This document shows positions 12,599-27,238 of a stretch of DNA of 64,000 nt, in pieces (position 1 is the first letter of the stretch; each line of letters begins with the position of its first letter). Under the pieces are notes generated by a model. That model was not told the DNA's origin, made no database searches, and saw only the letters and a program-made list of their open reading frames with translations. The translations under genes were made by a program, and so were the position numbers. The stretch is from Phoronis australis. Taxonomy: Eukaryota; Animalia; Phoronida. The stretch is taken from NCBI GenBank assembly GCA_002633005.1, contig NMRA01000544.1:168479-232478 (forward strand), given 5' to 3'.

Positions 12599-15500
12599 GG
12601 TGTCGCCTATGACAAATCTCATGCCATCTTATCGCACTGAACCCGGGGCCTATGGAACTGGTAGAACAAGCTATTCATCATACCGCGCAAATTATTCAAC
12701 ACTACCTCAGTCCACCTACGGCAAGACAAGTTCTGTACGTTCTAGCAGTCACCTTTTGACCAAACCACCAAGTGGGTATAGGCCACTTCCCTCTGGACCC
12801 GGACCGTTAGATAGATATGGTAAGAGGCAAAATACCGATGACGTTCGAAGCATACTGCACAACAATGCAACCAGATCAACTAGTAGTGTTAGCAGAAAGC
12901 CAATTAAAGCAGACTACTCAACATCGTACGACAGGTCGTATGTGACTGATCGTACTTCTGACCGTACACAGTCTAAGACCAGTCCTCTCACAGGATTACG
13001 CAGGGATACACTATCACCGTCAAGTACGCTGAGACATCGCACATCAAGCAATCAGGATTTGCATAGAAACTTGCACAATTTAGACATTACTGATACTGGA
13101 TCTCTTCGTAGGAGTAGTCATCATGGAAGTCTTTCAAACATTTCCGCCAGTAATCGGAGATCATCTTTTGAAAGAAAGGACTCAGATTCGCACACTCTCA
13201 TGTACTCTAGTAAGTACAGAAATAAAAACGCTTCTTCAAATAATCCTCCAAGTGAGTCATCGTTCCACAGTGAGCGAGAAAAGAGTCCAAAAGAACGCAT
13301 CACTGCCACGCTTACGCCAGAAAAAAAATCACCTTTATCACGTGTTAAGGCACCCTACAGTGAGTCCGATGAGGATACTTCATCGCCTAGCTATACAACT
13401 TCACCAGATAATAACAACAACGTAAGTGTTTGCAAGACTAACTTAAACTTCTTATCAGCTTCTTTAAACATGAAATTCCTCAAATTTGTTAGTGCCAAAA
13501 TTGTCATTTTCTGTTTTTCAAATCTCACTTTATTGTTTTAAATTAATTTCATTTATGTGTTTGGTACAATTTAATTTGCACGAATATAGTAAAGTTCCTG
13601 CAAATGTTTGCATAGAGAATTTCTTTGTTCAGTCATCTTGCATTTTAACTTGAAGAAAATGTGCTTCGGGCCATGTACTAAGACTAGAAATTGATGTGTT
13701 GTAGCTTTGCTAGTTGAACCCCACAGGCAGATTTGGGATTTTTCAAGGGGGTGGTCACTACAGGAAGGGTGGCTTCAGCATTGCGTAGGGGACTCACTGT
13801 CTTTTCTGCAGCTTCATGTTAGTTTAACTCCTTTGGAATATTCACAATTGCGAACAGATTTATCACAAAACTGTGACTAGATTAAAGAAATGTTGTTTAT
13901 TTTATCTGGCTTCGATGACCGGAGTAATTACTTTCTTGTAGGATGTCAGTCATTGTATGTAAGACATGTTCCACTTAATACATAGATAAAAGTGATTTTC
14001 TGAAAGCATGGAGTGAATGACCATTTGATTCCCTTTCCTAAAGTCACTATAAAGCTTGGAGTTAGTGACCATTTGATTCCCTTTCCTAAAGTCACTATAA
14101 AGCTTGGAGTTAGTGACCATTTGATTCCCTTTCCTAAAGTCACTATAAAGCTTGGAGTTAGTGACCATTTGATGCCCTTTCTTGAAGTCACAATAAATCA
14201 TGAATGATTGACCATTGGATTCCCTCTATTAAACTCACTATAAGATTAACCATGTCCTTATACCTTAAAAGGCATTCATTGACAGGCATATTTATTCTTC
14301 CAAAGCAATACCATCACCTTCTGATCATTTGCTTGCGTAAATAGTGGATAGTTAAATAAATCGACTTGAGTTCTCTTTTCGGCAATCGTGCATTGACGAC
14401 TGGAACTTAATAAGCGTTGCTGTCAAGTAACTTCAAATGGGCCCGGTCTGAAACCTCAACAATCTGTCAGTTCTTCGTAAGCCTAGAAATCATTTGTTAT
14501 CTGTGTGAGAAGCTTGATGAGACCACTATAAGTGTCATAAAACAATGGCTGGGTTTTGACAAAAGGTGCGGGTTTACTGCCCCTTTAAATTTAGGGAATG
14601 ACTGATTACAGTTCTAAATGGATGAAATGAGGTAGACAATGGCTTTGATAATTGTATTAAATAATTTAAAAAGTAAAACGTAAATTTTGAGTGTCAGTGG
14701 TTGTCTTCGGTCATTGCTCATGGAAATTACATTGTTTATGTCTAGCTAGTGTTATCTGAAATCAATAAGAGTTATGGTCTACTGTTCTTAACCAATATAC
14801 ATTGTCAACTGATTCAATATGTGATGTTCGTTGTTTACAGAGGATAACATCGGACTACAAACACTGTGGGAAGACTGGTCTCGCTAATCTCGGAAATACG
14901 GTTTGTGTTCTCGTGTTACACACGTTAGTGTTGAATCTGTTAAACTGATGTGTAACCTTACTAATGAGTCAGCTTACTAAGTCAACAAGTCGTCAACAAA
15001 CATTTTGTGTTGAACTTCATTTTGGGACACAATATATGCTAATATTCCATGCCAAAATTGACCCTTTTCATTTTTCAAGGTCTGCTAACATTGTATTTGC
15101 GAGTGCTCATGCAGTTTCTCAAAAATTGTCTGATGGCAACTCCTGAAGGGTCATTCATATTGACAAGGTTTCAGCAAGCATGTACCAAAAATTAGCGAGA
15201 GATCCCATATTTCAGGTGCCAAGTCTGCTAATTCTCACCCCTTTTTGCGCAGTAGATTTTTCTGTAGGTTGACGCCCAGTGCACCTTTTGTGAGGCTGAG
15301 GCCAGTTCAGTGGGCTTTTTGCAGGGACAAAATGGAAATTTAGGGGCCTATTGGACACTGCACGGGTACCACAAAATTTGCTGAAAAAGCACCGCATACT
15401 CAGGATTTTTGGTACACATGAGTATGTTGTGTATCGGTACCGGGGGATGTTGCCAAAGAACAATTCTGAGCTCTACACTTAAAATTAAAATTTTGGAAAT

Positions 15501-18500
15501 GAAGTTTTGTGCCTTTTGTTATTTCGCTAATCTGAGTGTAGTGACGCGTGTGCAGTAGTACGTTTTGCACAATAGACTGTACAGCGGGATATTATGGCTG
15601 TAAACATTAGCTACCTCATCAAATTTAAAGAGGGTGGAAAAGAGATCCGGAAAATTTTGTCCCGTATGTTTTAATTGTTGCAGTCAATTTTTTGCTATAA
15701 ATCCTTAGGCAGTTAATCCATCTGGTCATGAACCAGTCTTGATTCCTCAAGCAGCACGGTAAACTAAGTTTACATCACCTTGTTGAAGTTTTTTTGAATC
15801 CAAACAGAATAATGGTTTGGTTAACATTCAGTTGCACTTCAACAAACTCTTGAGTTTAACATTGACAAAAACGTGATATTATCACTTTTTGCTTAAAGAA
15901 CTACCTGTTGCGATGTAGATAACTATAGAAGAGTCTTTGTATCAGAAGGTTCCTTTATTTCTTTAACAACACTGAATCACGTCTAACATAGGTATCTGTA
16001 ATGAAACAACAAACACAGGTTGACGAACAGTAAATAATGGATATTCTCTAGATGTGCCATCTATTGACGGACTGTGATATTAGATTATCTGTTCTAAGAG
16101 CCACCTATTGAGAAGCGACATCTAGTGGCCAAATGCAGTTAGAACTTTTCTTCCAAGACCCACCTGTTGACGTTATGTGCCTTCTTGTCTCTGCAGTGCT
16201 TCATGAACTGTGTGCTGCAGTGTCTCAGCAACACACGCCCCCTGGTGGAGTTCTGCTTGAGTGACAGTTATAAAACGGAGATCAACAAGAAGACTAGCTC
16301 GATGAAGGGGGCGCTGATATCGGGTAGGTTGTGGTTTAGAGATGTGAGCTCATTTACCTAGATGAGATTTTGTCCACCATTTTGTTGAAAATCACTGTAT
16401 CATGTCCTGTTTTGCAGTAACACACTGTCTTTTTCCTGTTGTAGTCAGCCAATGTCTGTAATTGTTTCTAGCGCCCGTTCTTGTGTACTCGCTGTTGTAA
16501 ACGCACCTTTAATTGTTGTTGCAGCATACGTCTCTTTAATGAAAAATATGTGGGATAATAGATCGTCCGTATCTCCTACCGAGTTCAAGAGCCAAATTCA
16601 ACGGTTTGCCCCACGCTTTGTGGGCTACAGGTTAGTAACTGCTTCCGATGATTGTTATGGCCCGGTGTATGTCTCATGAAAAATGACTTCAGACTTGAGA
16701 CTTAAAATTTGTCTAAGTTAAGATCAAAATTTGGGCTATGTTAAGACCAAAGACACCAATTCAGAAAACACCATTATGTGATCCCATAGCTGGATATAGG
16801 ATAGCATATTAACTACGCTAATGCCACCTGTTGCGAATTCACAAAATTAAGCGACGCGACATGTATAATCTGCTTTCAAGAATGATATCGTTGTCTTGAA
16901 ACCCCAGTGGGGATTTATTTACAACATTTTTGGCCATAAGTACTATTGGAATGTTGTTTTCTTGAGAAGACCCTGGAATGGCTGGAAAATATCACTTCAG
17001 ATTTGCAGGTAAGTCGCACTGCATTGCCTTTGTGGTGCATTGCTTGGTTCTCAAATCAAAGGCAGACTATCTTCAATGTGATAATGTTTGGGGCCATTAG
17101 GTTGTAAACTATTGAGAATAATATTGTCATAATTTTTTCCTTAAGACTTTACTGCGATGACAGTAATTGTAAATTTTAATTATTGAAGCCAAAAAGCCAA
17201 TCTTTAAGTCTTTTCATCTTAATATTGCTTTATATAAACAAATTATCGCAATGTAATTGAATCGCCATTAAAGCTGCTTTGATGCTATTGTTAATGTTTT
17301 ATTTACCTTAAAAATTGTCTGCAGTGATTACCTGCTGCATGAAAAATTCAACAGCAGTGGTGATTGTGTATCCAATTCCAAACAGAATATTCAAACTTGT
17401 TGGTTCACGAAAGTCGGAAAGACCATCACAAGTTGGATGGTAACAGTTGCTCTTATAGTTTGTCGGCAAATGGCACTGTTTGCTAAACAGGACACTTTGA
17501 CACTCTGTAAAACTTACCTTAAAGGTAGACATGCGAAAGCCGAATTTTTGCTTGACTTGCTTGACAACCTTTAGCAGTACAGTTGTGCTAGTTTTTGTAT
17601 TCCACCCTTCAGAGATGTCGTATTTTGCAATACTCGGGTAAAATCTCTTTGTCGGTTGAGTTCAACTGATAGGAGTTTTACCAATACTGTATAAAAATTG
17701 TCTTCACTTCCTTGTTTCTTTTGGTAGTTAGATCAAGGTTAATATCAAACATGGATTTGAGAGCTTGGTTTATTGTTACTGTGGTATTGATTGACATACA
17801 GTCCTGCATGAAAATAGTTTCCATTTACTATTCAGTTTTGTTTAGTGTTTGACACTGTTGAGTGTACATTGATTTGAAGTCTATGCTTTGACGATTAAGT
17901 GAAAGGGTGAACATGAAAATGTACGCAATTACGGGGATTTTTATATTGGCTGTGATTTGGCCAAAATCTGATTTAATCAGAACTTAGTAACATTGATCAA
18001 AGCTTTTTTTGTCTCTTTACCTCAATGGTGTCTTCTGTTCAGATGTGTTTAAATTTCATTTGTGCTACTTTGACAAGTTTGCTGTCCCCTTGCAGTTAAT
18101 CATTTATAGTTTATTGGTTAATGAAAGTCTGAGGAAATTGCTTCATATTAGTGTTCAATTGCAGCCAACAGGATGCGCAGGAATTTCTTCGCTATTTGCT
18201 GCAGGGCCTGCATGAAGACATCAACAGAGTTCAGAGTAAACCCAATCCTGCCCCTGTGAATGAGAAGGAAGAGAACTCATTAAGGTACGGCCAGTGACAT
18301 CTGTTGGGTGTTGTGGGGGTAGAAAACTTGAGGCGGGTTTTGTGTTGCTGGAATTCTTTTAATAAATCTAGTATCATTCAGAGGTTAGTGGGCAATTTGT
18401 ACGTTTTGTGTTTTTTGTCTGCATTTCATGTTTTAAATCAATTTTCGTTAATGGTGGGTGACTGTAGATTACTTTACATCATTGTTTGGCCTCTTTTTGG

Positions 18501-21500
18501 TGCAATTTTGCCTTATGTCTCAGCAAAAACTATAATATCGTACATTTCATAGAGTGTTGACTTAAGAAATTGATTCAATTTTGCTGTCCATAGACATTGT
18601 GGTCCGCGTAATACTGAATTAAAGCATCCTATGCATAAATGCACTGAAAAGAATAGCCATGTATACCAGAATACCACAGCACCCTCTGTGATAGGTGATT
18701 TTAATCAATTAAGTTTGCCCATCCCTTGTCAGGCTCCACTCTGAAGTTTTAAGCTGCCCTGCATTTCAAAAACTAGGTCAATCACAAGTAAGACAATGCG
18801 CTTCTCTACCTTCATAAAAGGTTTGGGATTTATATTAGATTGTGTTTCCCAGCTGCCATGATTATGTAGAGCCTGGGCTTGAAATGAATTGAATCCTATA
18901 TTAATTTTGTGCCCTTGCAACTCTTCAGAAGATTGTTAAAGTAAATAATCATGCTTCTTATAATGCTTCTAAAACATTACAAATCCGATTGACATTTTCT
19001 ACATAAGAGCTGTATAAAGAGTGTGCTACACATTCACTGTTACTGTTAAAGGAATAAGTTTCATCATTATTTCAAGTTGATGTTTGAAACAATTTGATTG
19101 GCTAAATTTTGAGTGCATACAACTCAGTTTAAATCAGGCGGCTGTTCCTCGAAATCTATTGTCTTTTGGCTAAAATAAATCTATGGATGGCTTAGCCTGG
19201 GTCACGAAATCATGCTATGGCTATTAGACTAAAGTCAGAATGTCTGTCTACATGTCAAAGCCAAGAGACAGAAATTGTCTCAGTGCGGTATGTTTGAAAG
19301 CAAAAAAAAAACAGAAATCCATGGTACGCTTGAGATTAGACTTAAAGCAAAAGTCGTAGACGAAAAATCAGCTTTTGAATGTAGACTCTTCAAGAAAAAG
19401 ACCCTGTGTCTAATGAATGTTTGTTGATGACTTGCTCCTTGGACTCGATATCCTAAATTTTTGTTTCTCTCGGGTTTCAGCGATGAAGAAAAAGCCTCAA
19501 GAAGTTGGAAGCGCTACTTGAACTTTGACTCCAGCGTCATCGTAGGTAAGACCGAGTAACTATGTAATGTAGAGTGGACACTGAGAAATGTCACGTGTTT
19601 GGCACTATGAGCTGCAGACAGGTTAACAGGCAAATCATAGTTGAACTAACTATGAACATAAAACTATAGTGTGCCAAAGGTATCCGGACATAATGAGCTG
19701 GCGTTCCCCATGTTGTTTATACCCCAAAAGAACTAAGGATAGCACGTAGTGCAACTTCTTTGGGATAACATTATGCTGAAGAATCTGCTTGTCTCGACAG
19801 GAAAATTTGGATTTCTAATACTCCGTTTTTAGTACTTAATGATAAGTGTAATTTTTATCTCGTCTAAAGCGTGCTGTGTGAAATGAAAAGGTTTAGACGT
19901 GTATTTTTTAAAAACTGGCTAACCCACCAGGTGTCACAGGTGAATTGTAATGTTGCAGCTTGTACGCATCATCACACCTTGAGAATAATATACAGAGTCA
20001 ACGCTCCATGTACTATAGTCTGTGAATGCATGAATTGATTTCATAGTTGTGTTGCAAGCTCACTTAATGACACATGTGCAAGTTTATCTCACGTTCACTA
20101 TGACTTATTATTCTAAATGAAACATGAGTCACAATTTTGTTTATGAGATTACGATTCTCCAGATATGAAATTTTTGCGCTTATCTTTTTCAGACATATTT
20201 GTTGGCCAACTGAAGAGCACGCTCACCTGCACTGAATGTCATCAACAGTCGGTGACCTTTGACCCCTTCTGGGATCTCTCACTGCCTATACCCAAGGTAA
20301 GTTCAGCGAGCTTAGCCCACCTGAATGGAGGGAATTATTGTATTTATAATCAACGTCTTCGTAATGTGTGGATTGTTTGCGGTTGAATTGCTTTCTGTCT
20401 CACCTATAGGATGCTCTTGGACAGGGTTCAGATTTTAATGAATTTTTGTAATTGGCAAGGTTCCTTAACGTAACTGGTTTAACATTCCAACTCCACAGTT
20501 GCCTGTTTTGCTAACGAAATTTGTTATGCCCTTCTCAGAGCACAGCAGTTTTGGGACAGTTCCATTTGTATAGTTAAAATAGGCCTACAGTTATTAGGAT
20601 CCTTTCTTCAACATGCGCGCACCCTGCCTGAAATATAGGGGGGCTCGGATTTTTGAGAATGTGGACTTTTTGCTGAAAAACAAATTCAGGACCAAAAAAA
20701 CAACAAAAAGTGGGACTACTAAATAGGAAAGGGGTACTACATTCAAAGCTATGAATTGTGCATTCGTGCTGAATTCCTACCATTCTTGGGTTTTTTTCTT
20801 GTTTTCTCGAGCTTTTTGTTTCTCTGAGGCGGACCTTTTTGCCCACTTTGCTAAATGAAGGGGGGAGGGGCTCATGCGAGCCCCCTCTGGATGCACGCAT
20901 GGACAAGTCTGTATTTAGCAACATCTGTTAGGAATCTACGGAAATAAAATAATATGCAAATTTTAAAGTATATAGACTAAAAGCCAAAAGACAAAAAATC
21001 AGACTTTTGCCTGTAAACGCTTCGAGAAACAGGCCGTGGTTAATCTTAATTGTTCTCAACTTCCTGGGGAGCACGTAATGGGGTCAACCATTTTCAGCAA
21101 ACAGCAGTTAATCCAAATCACATGATTTTGTTTATGTTTGAAACACTAAAGTGCCCGTGAGGTTACCTTAATGGGGAAAATCCAAACCTTCAAATTATTG
21201 ACTTTATGATGTAACTGCTTTTCTGTTCCTATTTCTGGGTCGAAGTCACATCATGATAAAGGCCTAGGTCATCACTACATATCATGTCCTGATTTGTTTG
21301 TCTGCTGCTCTTGCCATTTCCCTCATTTTACCGCAAGTTTGTGCAGTTTTCAGTCCCATGGGAATGTTGGATGCACGATTTTTTCTGTAAAAAACTGAAC
21401 TCTGCCCTTGAGCAACTGTTTTGAACTTTAATTTGTCGTGTGTTAATTCGATTACGTCTTGAATTGAATGTGCTATTTTGAAGGTTACTTTATTGACATG

Positions 21501-24500
21501 GCATTGAGAAAAAACTCAACAGTCGTATGATAAGATGTATTTGTGAGCGTTAAACTGTGTACCTTGTGAGTTGTGACAAGTTTGTTGGCAGTTGTTTTGA
21601 TTTGCTAGGTGGTCTGTTGGATTTTTTCTTGCTGTATTTATGTGAGTCTCTTTTTATCCGGCTGTTGTAACACATTTATTAATTCCAAGTTGATGTTCTT
21701 TCCATCTCATTTATGGAATATCTTTGCACTAAAATTGTTCCTTTTAGTACATTGAAAGAGTTTCACAAAGCCGTTTATTATGCTGTTTACAGTAGATATA
21801 CGGTAAAAATTCTTCAAACTGGGACGATGAGAATTTAAAATTTTTTGATTTTTCAAAGGCTTGGAACTTTGCTTTTGCATAATCAAGCTTACAATTTTTA
21901 AGTCAAATGTTCTTGAAGGCTAGTTTTGTCAAGAACTTCTATGAAATAAAATTCCTAACTAAAAGAGTTTTTACTGTAATGTAAAATATGTTTATTTTAG
22001 CCAGTATGTCAGCCACTGGTTTCATTACAGGACGTGATGTTGAGAAAATCTATTACTGCTCTGCTTGCTGGAGCTTGGAAATGGTGGACATATTCCCTAA
22101 TGCGTGAAACATGTCACCATGAGAGGCTATCAATGAGTTCCATTTCTTGCAGTGTTGCTTTATTTCTTCCGAAAACCACTACTAGGTTACTGTTTTACGA
22201 TTCCTGAATAAGCTCTACGAATCCGTTGCAAAATGTTGCAAGGTCTCTTGTTCACAATTGTTGTGGGCAGTTGTTTTAATTCTTAAACGCAGGAACAAAA
22301 TAGTGATAGTTTACATTTAACAGTAACACAAGTTTTTTGAGTTTTGATATTTGGTGTATGGAGTTAGGTTTTTTGTCAAGAAAAATGTAGAAAATATAAA
22401 GTAACTCAAAAATAAATACATTGGAAGCATTGATGGCCTTTAAAGCATTCAGTTTTTGCTAATTTATGATCATGTTACATTTCTGTGGCTGGTTATGACA
22501 ATCTCTTTTAAATTAACTTTCCACCATCTCTAACTATCTCTCTCTCTTTTTTTGTTTAATCCAGCGGAGCATTGCTCCCACGTTGTTGGACTGCCTCTCC
22601 CTTTTTATGCAAGAAGAAGTACTGGATGGCGATGAGCGTCCGCGGTGTGACCGGTGCCGCGAGCACCGGCGGTGCACCAAAAGTTTCCGCATACAAAAGT
22701 TCCCTCGAGTACTCGTGCTGCACTTGAAAAGGTTTTCGGGCGAGCGTTACCGCTCTAAACTCAGCACACAAGTTGACTACCCAGTGACAGGCCTCAGCCT
22801 AGCAGAGTTCGCCGCCTCCAGAGGTAAGTCAACATGTGATGTCCAAGATTGCCACAAAATTGGCCATGCTGTGTTGGCTTCATCGCTGTTCTTCTTGTCA
22901 TTATCAGTGTGTGGTATTATACTCGGGATGTCCATAAATGACCTCTGGGAAGCTCTTTGTGTAAAAAACTGGTAGGGCTCTTTTGTTGACCTCAACGCCC
23001 TCATTTGTCAGTGGACTTAAATAGTGCTGTAAGACGGAGCAAGTTTATGGGCTCCCATCAAACCTTATGAGTTCCAATTAAAGTTTGTAGTTATAGTGAT
23101 CACTATTTTTAAGTGTAGATGGCATTCATTAATCAGATAATGTATGAACTTATAAACGTGAATCGGATAACAGCTTTGTTTGGTTCACAATGAAATTCAT
23201 TGATGATTCCAAAGTGGTTGGTCAAGTGTCCTTATAACCACTTGTTTTGGGCTTCTTTGTCCAAGTGAACCGGTTAGTACCTAATGATGCCACAGGGAGT
23301 TGAAGACACACCGGTCATGGACTTCAAATACCAGTCATGTTTTACTTTGTTGTCAGTTTGGTTATATGCGAGTATTCTGGTGAGGCCTGTGCTGACAAGT
23401 CAGTGATAGACTTACTTTAGCAGTCCCTTTAAGGACCGAATGATAAAATAATGAAATCTTGCTTTGCTTTGCATAACTTTTGTCCCTTGACAGAAATGCA
23501 TATTAAAGACTCGACTGAAAGAGCCCCCCCTCGGTGGCATTTTGGGGAGGTCGTGTTGGCGGGAGTTCTTTCAGAAATTCCTATTATTAAAATGTTCCAA
23601 ATTATGGGCACTTATTTCCAGTTTTGTGATTTTGATAAGCTTTTGTCACATGGAGATAGATTGTATTTTATGAATAGTGTAACCTTTTACTCCTGATGTG
23701 AACGCTTAATGACACAAATATTTGGATAATTATGTTGATTGTTGAATTTTTGTCATTTTAGAAAATGAAAAGGCATGTCAGAACTAAAGGTTGATGAAAC
23801 TATTTTGTTTTCCAAGTATTTTTCTGTGAAGGGTTTATTCTGTATGCGCACTGTCACACTCGTCAGCCACTGAACCTGGTAAAAGGGAATTTGTGATCAG
23901 TCGTTCTTTAGCACTCTCACCCGTTTCTCACAGCTGCATGGTATGTTTGCTGCCTTTGACGTCCCGAGCTCCATTTATTTCTGTGTTGTCATAGATTCTC
24001 TTCCCATCCCACATTCACCAAGCTTTCCTCCAGGTCAATTTGGATTTCAATTTGTACTGGCTTAATTGGACCATGGTGGGCAGACCCTCGACTTCTTGAA
24101 AGTGGACGTCAGCTGCTGTAGGATGTGGTTTTGTTTGCACCTGCTGTGGACATGATTACCGCAAAGTAATGTAGATGAATCATCAATGCTGTTATTTTCA
24201 GGTGGTTCTAAGGCCACGTACAACCTGTACGGTGTGTCCAATCATTCAGGCAGTGTTTATTCGGGACACTATACAGCCTACTGCAAGCATCCCTACACTG
24301 GTGTGTGGATGTCATGCAACGATTCACAGTAAGTACTAAGGTTGTACAGTCAGCCTTGGCTTACAGTGCCATAGGCATGTGATAATTCATGGTCGAGTGT
24401 TTTCATGTCTTTAGGCTGTCAAGACAACAAAGACCCATATTATCAAAGGTCATAAGTTCGGTCATATCTAATGACTGTAGGCATGTCTTTTTTGCAAGAC

Positions 24501-24966
24501 CGAAACATTGTTGCTGATGTAAATGTGTTAGTAATTCATATTCAAGTTTAACGGTACCCCTAACAAATTGTTGTCAGGCCGTAAAAATTGACTATGCCAC
24601 CATTTTAGCTACAACCTGACTGAAGGCCTTTGATTAAGCAGCCCTCACGTGTAAACAGCATTCAGATGGGGGGATTTCAAAATTAATGCTAGAATACACA
24701 ACCTTTCGATCTAACTTAATTGCCGAGTCAGGGCACAATATTGGGCAGACAAGTGGAATGTATTCTTAGTTTCTTCAAGCTCTGCAGCACACCGAGTTCA
24801 TGCTCATTTGTGGGCAATCTGGCAGAAATTTTTACCTTTATTGTTCTGTGTTTGCAATCAAGACCTGTGCTTTATTTTCAGTGTAAGAGATGTCACCAAC
24901 AGAGGTATTGTATCGTCTGAGGGCTACGTGCTGTTTTACGAAAGAGTCGGGGAATCACAACTTTAA
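12591..24966 (+). CDS. USP2: Ubiquitin carboxyl-terminal hydrolase 2-like (USP2/USP21 subfamily), ~627 aa. Coding exons: 12591-13421, 14841-14900, 16197-16323, 16525-16630, 18165-18284, 19481-19545, 20193-20296, 22565-22823, 24202-24328, 24882-24966
   Basis: All introns are GT-AG with consistent phases (1884 nt in total). Motifs: Cys box GLANLGNT|[35 protein letters not shown], Zn-binding [16 protein letters not shown], His box [23 protein letters not shown]...NDS, and terminal GYVLFYE. A long S/R/T-rich N-terminus resembles long USP2 isoforms. Confidence 0.93.
14006..14245. repeat. 48-bp minisatellite, ~4-5 copies, in a USP2 intron
   Basis: Unit gtgaccatttgattccctttcctaaagtcactataaagcttggagtta starts at 14065, 14113 and 14161, with degenerate edge copies. 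Confidence 0.95.
20612..20901 (-). mobile_element. MITE-like dispersed repeat, copy 2
   Basis: Imperfect TIR catgcgcgcaccc ... ggatgcacgcatg. The body is shared with the copies at 1228 and 53768. Confidence 0.7.
21801..21976. mobile_element. Tc1/mariner-type MITE (TA-flanked)
   Basis: TA|cggtaaaaattctt ... aagagtttttactg|TA. Confidence 0.55.
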
Positions 24967-25306
24967 ATTGCCTAGTGAGTGCTAGAAAAATGCAAGTTTT
25001 TTATAAGAGCACTACTGGTGATTGACCACAGCCTTGTCTTGTGCCCAGCACTGTTATTAATGATGTATGCAACGTTACTGATTTGTTGAAAACATTTTTG
25101 TACACCGTTGTTGAAGATTCTGACTGTTGCAAGCAGCCAAGTTCTAAGCGTGTTTGAAGTACGTTATGTATTTTTGCTCTACTTCAAGTTGGTATGATTC
25201 GAGTTTAATAAAAATGTATAAAAATAGATTTCGTAGGTTCCGTCCATTCTACCGCATGAGTGATATTGTTTTGCTACCTCGAATGTTTGAATTCTTAAGT
25301 TTGCTG

Positions 25307-25386
25307 GTTAGCAGACGTATTTGCCAGTTAGTAGACGTATTTGCCAGTTAGCAGATGTATTTGCCGTTTAGCAGACGTATTTGCCG
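25307..25386 (+). repeat. 20-bp tandem repeat, 4 copies, downstream of the USP2 stop codon
   Basis: gttagcagacgtatttgcca repeated four times with minor substitutions. Confidence 0.9.
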
Positions 25387-27187
25387 CGGTCAATAGCATT
25401 CATTCTCTGACAGAAGCACATATTCTACGTGGCTTATTGTGATAATACATTTCTGATGCTTCATTTGTGAATTTCTAACATAAAAGCTAGCAGCGAATTG
25501 CCATGTTACATATTTTCAGTTACCCATTTTGATGAAAACATAGATAGATCCCACATATTCAAGGAATTGGAGGTCTTCAGGGAAATCTAATAGCCATTAA
25601 GATCTCATGTAATCTGCACCTGTAACAGTTTAATGAGGCAATATATGTTTTTACACAAGACCTTTTACATTCATTTTGCTTACCTTCAAATAAGTGAAAG
25701 TCTACTGTATTGTGATATAGGTCATCGCTAAAGCTAGACAGTGGGTGTGTAAATTGTCTGGTTTGTCATCCTATAAGGTTATTTTCCTGGTTACACATCA
25801 GGAGATGCCCTAGTTACTTGTAGTTCAACAGCTTCCCGTCAGGTATGTGCAACGCAAAGTTGTCGGAGCTACATCGATGCATTTCGTCTCATTAATGAGA
25901 AAACGTTTCGCGTTAATTTATGGTTCTATTCCGTCCTGCTGTTAAGTATTCTATGAGTAACCTTTCGGATTTAATCTATTGTTAAATCAGAATAGATTTT
26001 AAAGTTTATTTGTCATGAACTACTTGCGTGTAGCTACATTCTACGTTATTGGATAGCTTACAAAGTGATTTCTTTTATAATTTTAATTGAAATTTGTATA
26101 TTTATTGCAAACTCATTGCTTGGTTAGTATGAAGTGATACGATTTTAATCTCTTATTGCAATTTTTGTTTCTTTATTTAATAAAATATCATATTTTCAAT
26201 TGCTTTTTATCAACAAGCTGTCATCATCTACATCTGTCGCCCGCACGCACGTTTCTTTCATTCTACACAAGATGGCAGCACCAATTTTTGGAAACATCCA
26301 TCCACTGCCATGTGCCCCCCCACCTGTCATTTTTGCTTTGTCGTAATTTTCGATTTTTGCACTCCAACAGTATTGAGGTGAGAACCACAGCTATTTTATA
26401 ATGGAACCAATTGGAATGGAAACCAAAAACTGAAATAATTGCTCTATCCTTTTATTTGGTTAGTAGTCGCTCGGTTCTTCACCCCTAGGTTGCACTTGAT
26501 GACTAGAGTCTGGATTCTAGTTCGTACCCCTGATTCTAGAGGTCATCAAGATTAGTGTAAACTGACTTCTCATTGTTATAAACCAAAACAATTTTTCACA
26601 CAACTACAGACGCTTCTCATGAGCTGACGATGAAAGTAGAACAGGAAATGTAAACAAGAATTAGAGGCCTACTTCGGAGGATGGAATCGAGGACCTGATC
26701 AACTTTTGAACTAATTTGACGCAGCGTAGCCATTTCTGTTTTACGTGATCATCTTTGTATCAGTCTCCATCCATGTTAATGGTTGGAAGTCAGACGTAGG
26801 TTGTGGTAATAAAATGACCAGTTTTTGAACAAACTGGAACAGTACCGTGTCCCCTAATGGCAATTTTAGTCTTCTTGTTTTTCTCAACAATGCGTTCATA
26901 GTGCAAGGACGCCAATCAGAAACCGGTGTTGACCAATATTGGCATGTGTGTTGGCTTTGACTGACACTTTGTAGAGAGCAACGGTTCTAGAAGAAATTTG
27001 GAACTTTCTACTCTCAGTTGTTACGAAGCGTACCTCAATTACAAAATCACCATCTTCTATTCTGTTCACGTGCAATCCCAAATAAGAGAAATTTTTCTTA
27101 AAGATGCATTTGCATGCTCCCATGTTAATGTATATCAGGAACTAAATGAAAACACTATTTTAACATAATCTAGTGCACTAAACGAAC

Positions 27188-27238
27188 TGCAGTGCAAATG
27201 TATTCTTAAAAGTTTTTTAAGAATACATTTGCACTGCA
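27188..27238. repeat. Perfect inverted repeat, 24-bp arms with 3-nt loop
   Basis: tgcagtgcaaatgtattcttaaaa-gtt-ttttaagaatacatttgcactgca. Confidence 0.9.

Noticed and set aside
13946-14207. Three repetitive ORFs
   Set aside because: They are by-products of a 48-bp (multiple of 3) intronic minisatellite.
26700-27123. 75-aa minus-strand ORF and flanking coding-looking sequence
   Set aside because: No family motif was recognised, and it probably lies in the MED25 3' UTR or a decayed repeat.
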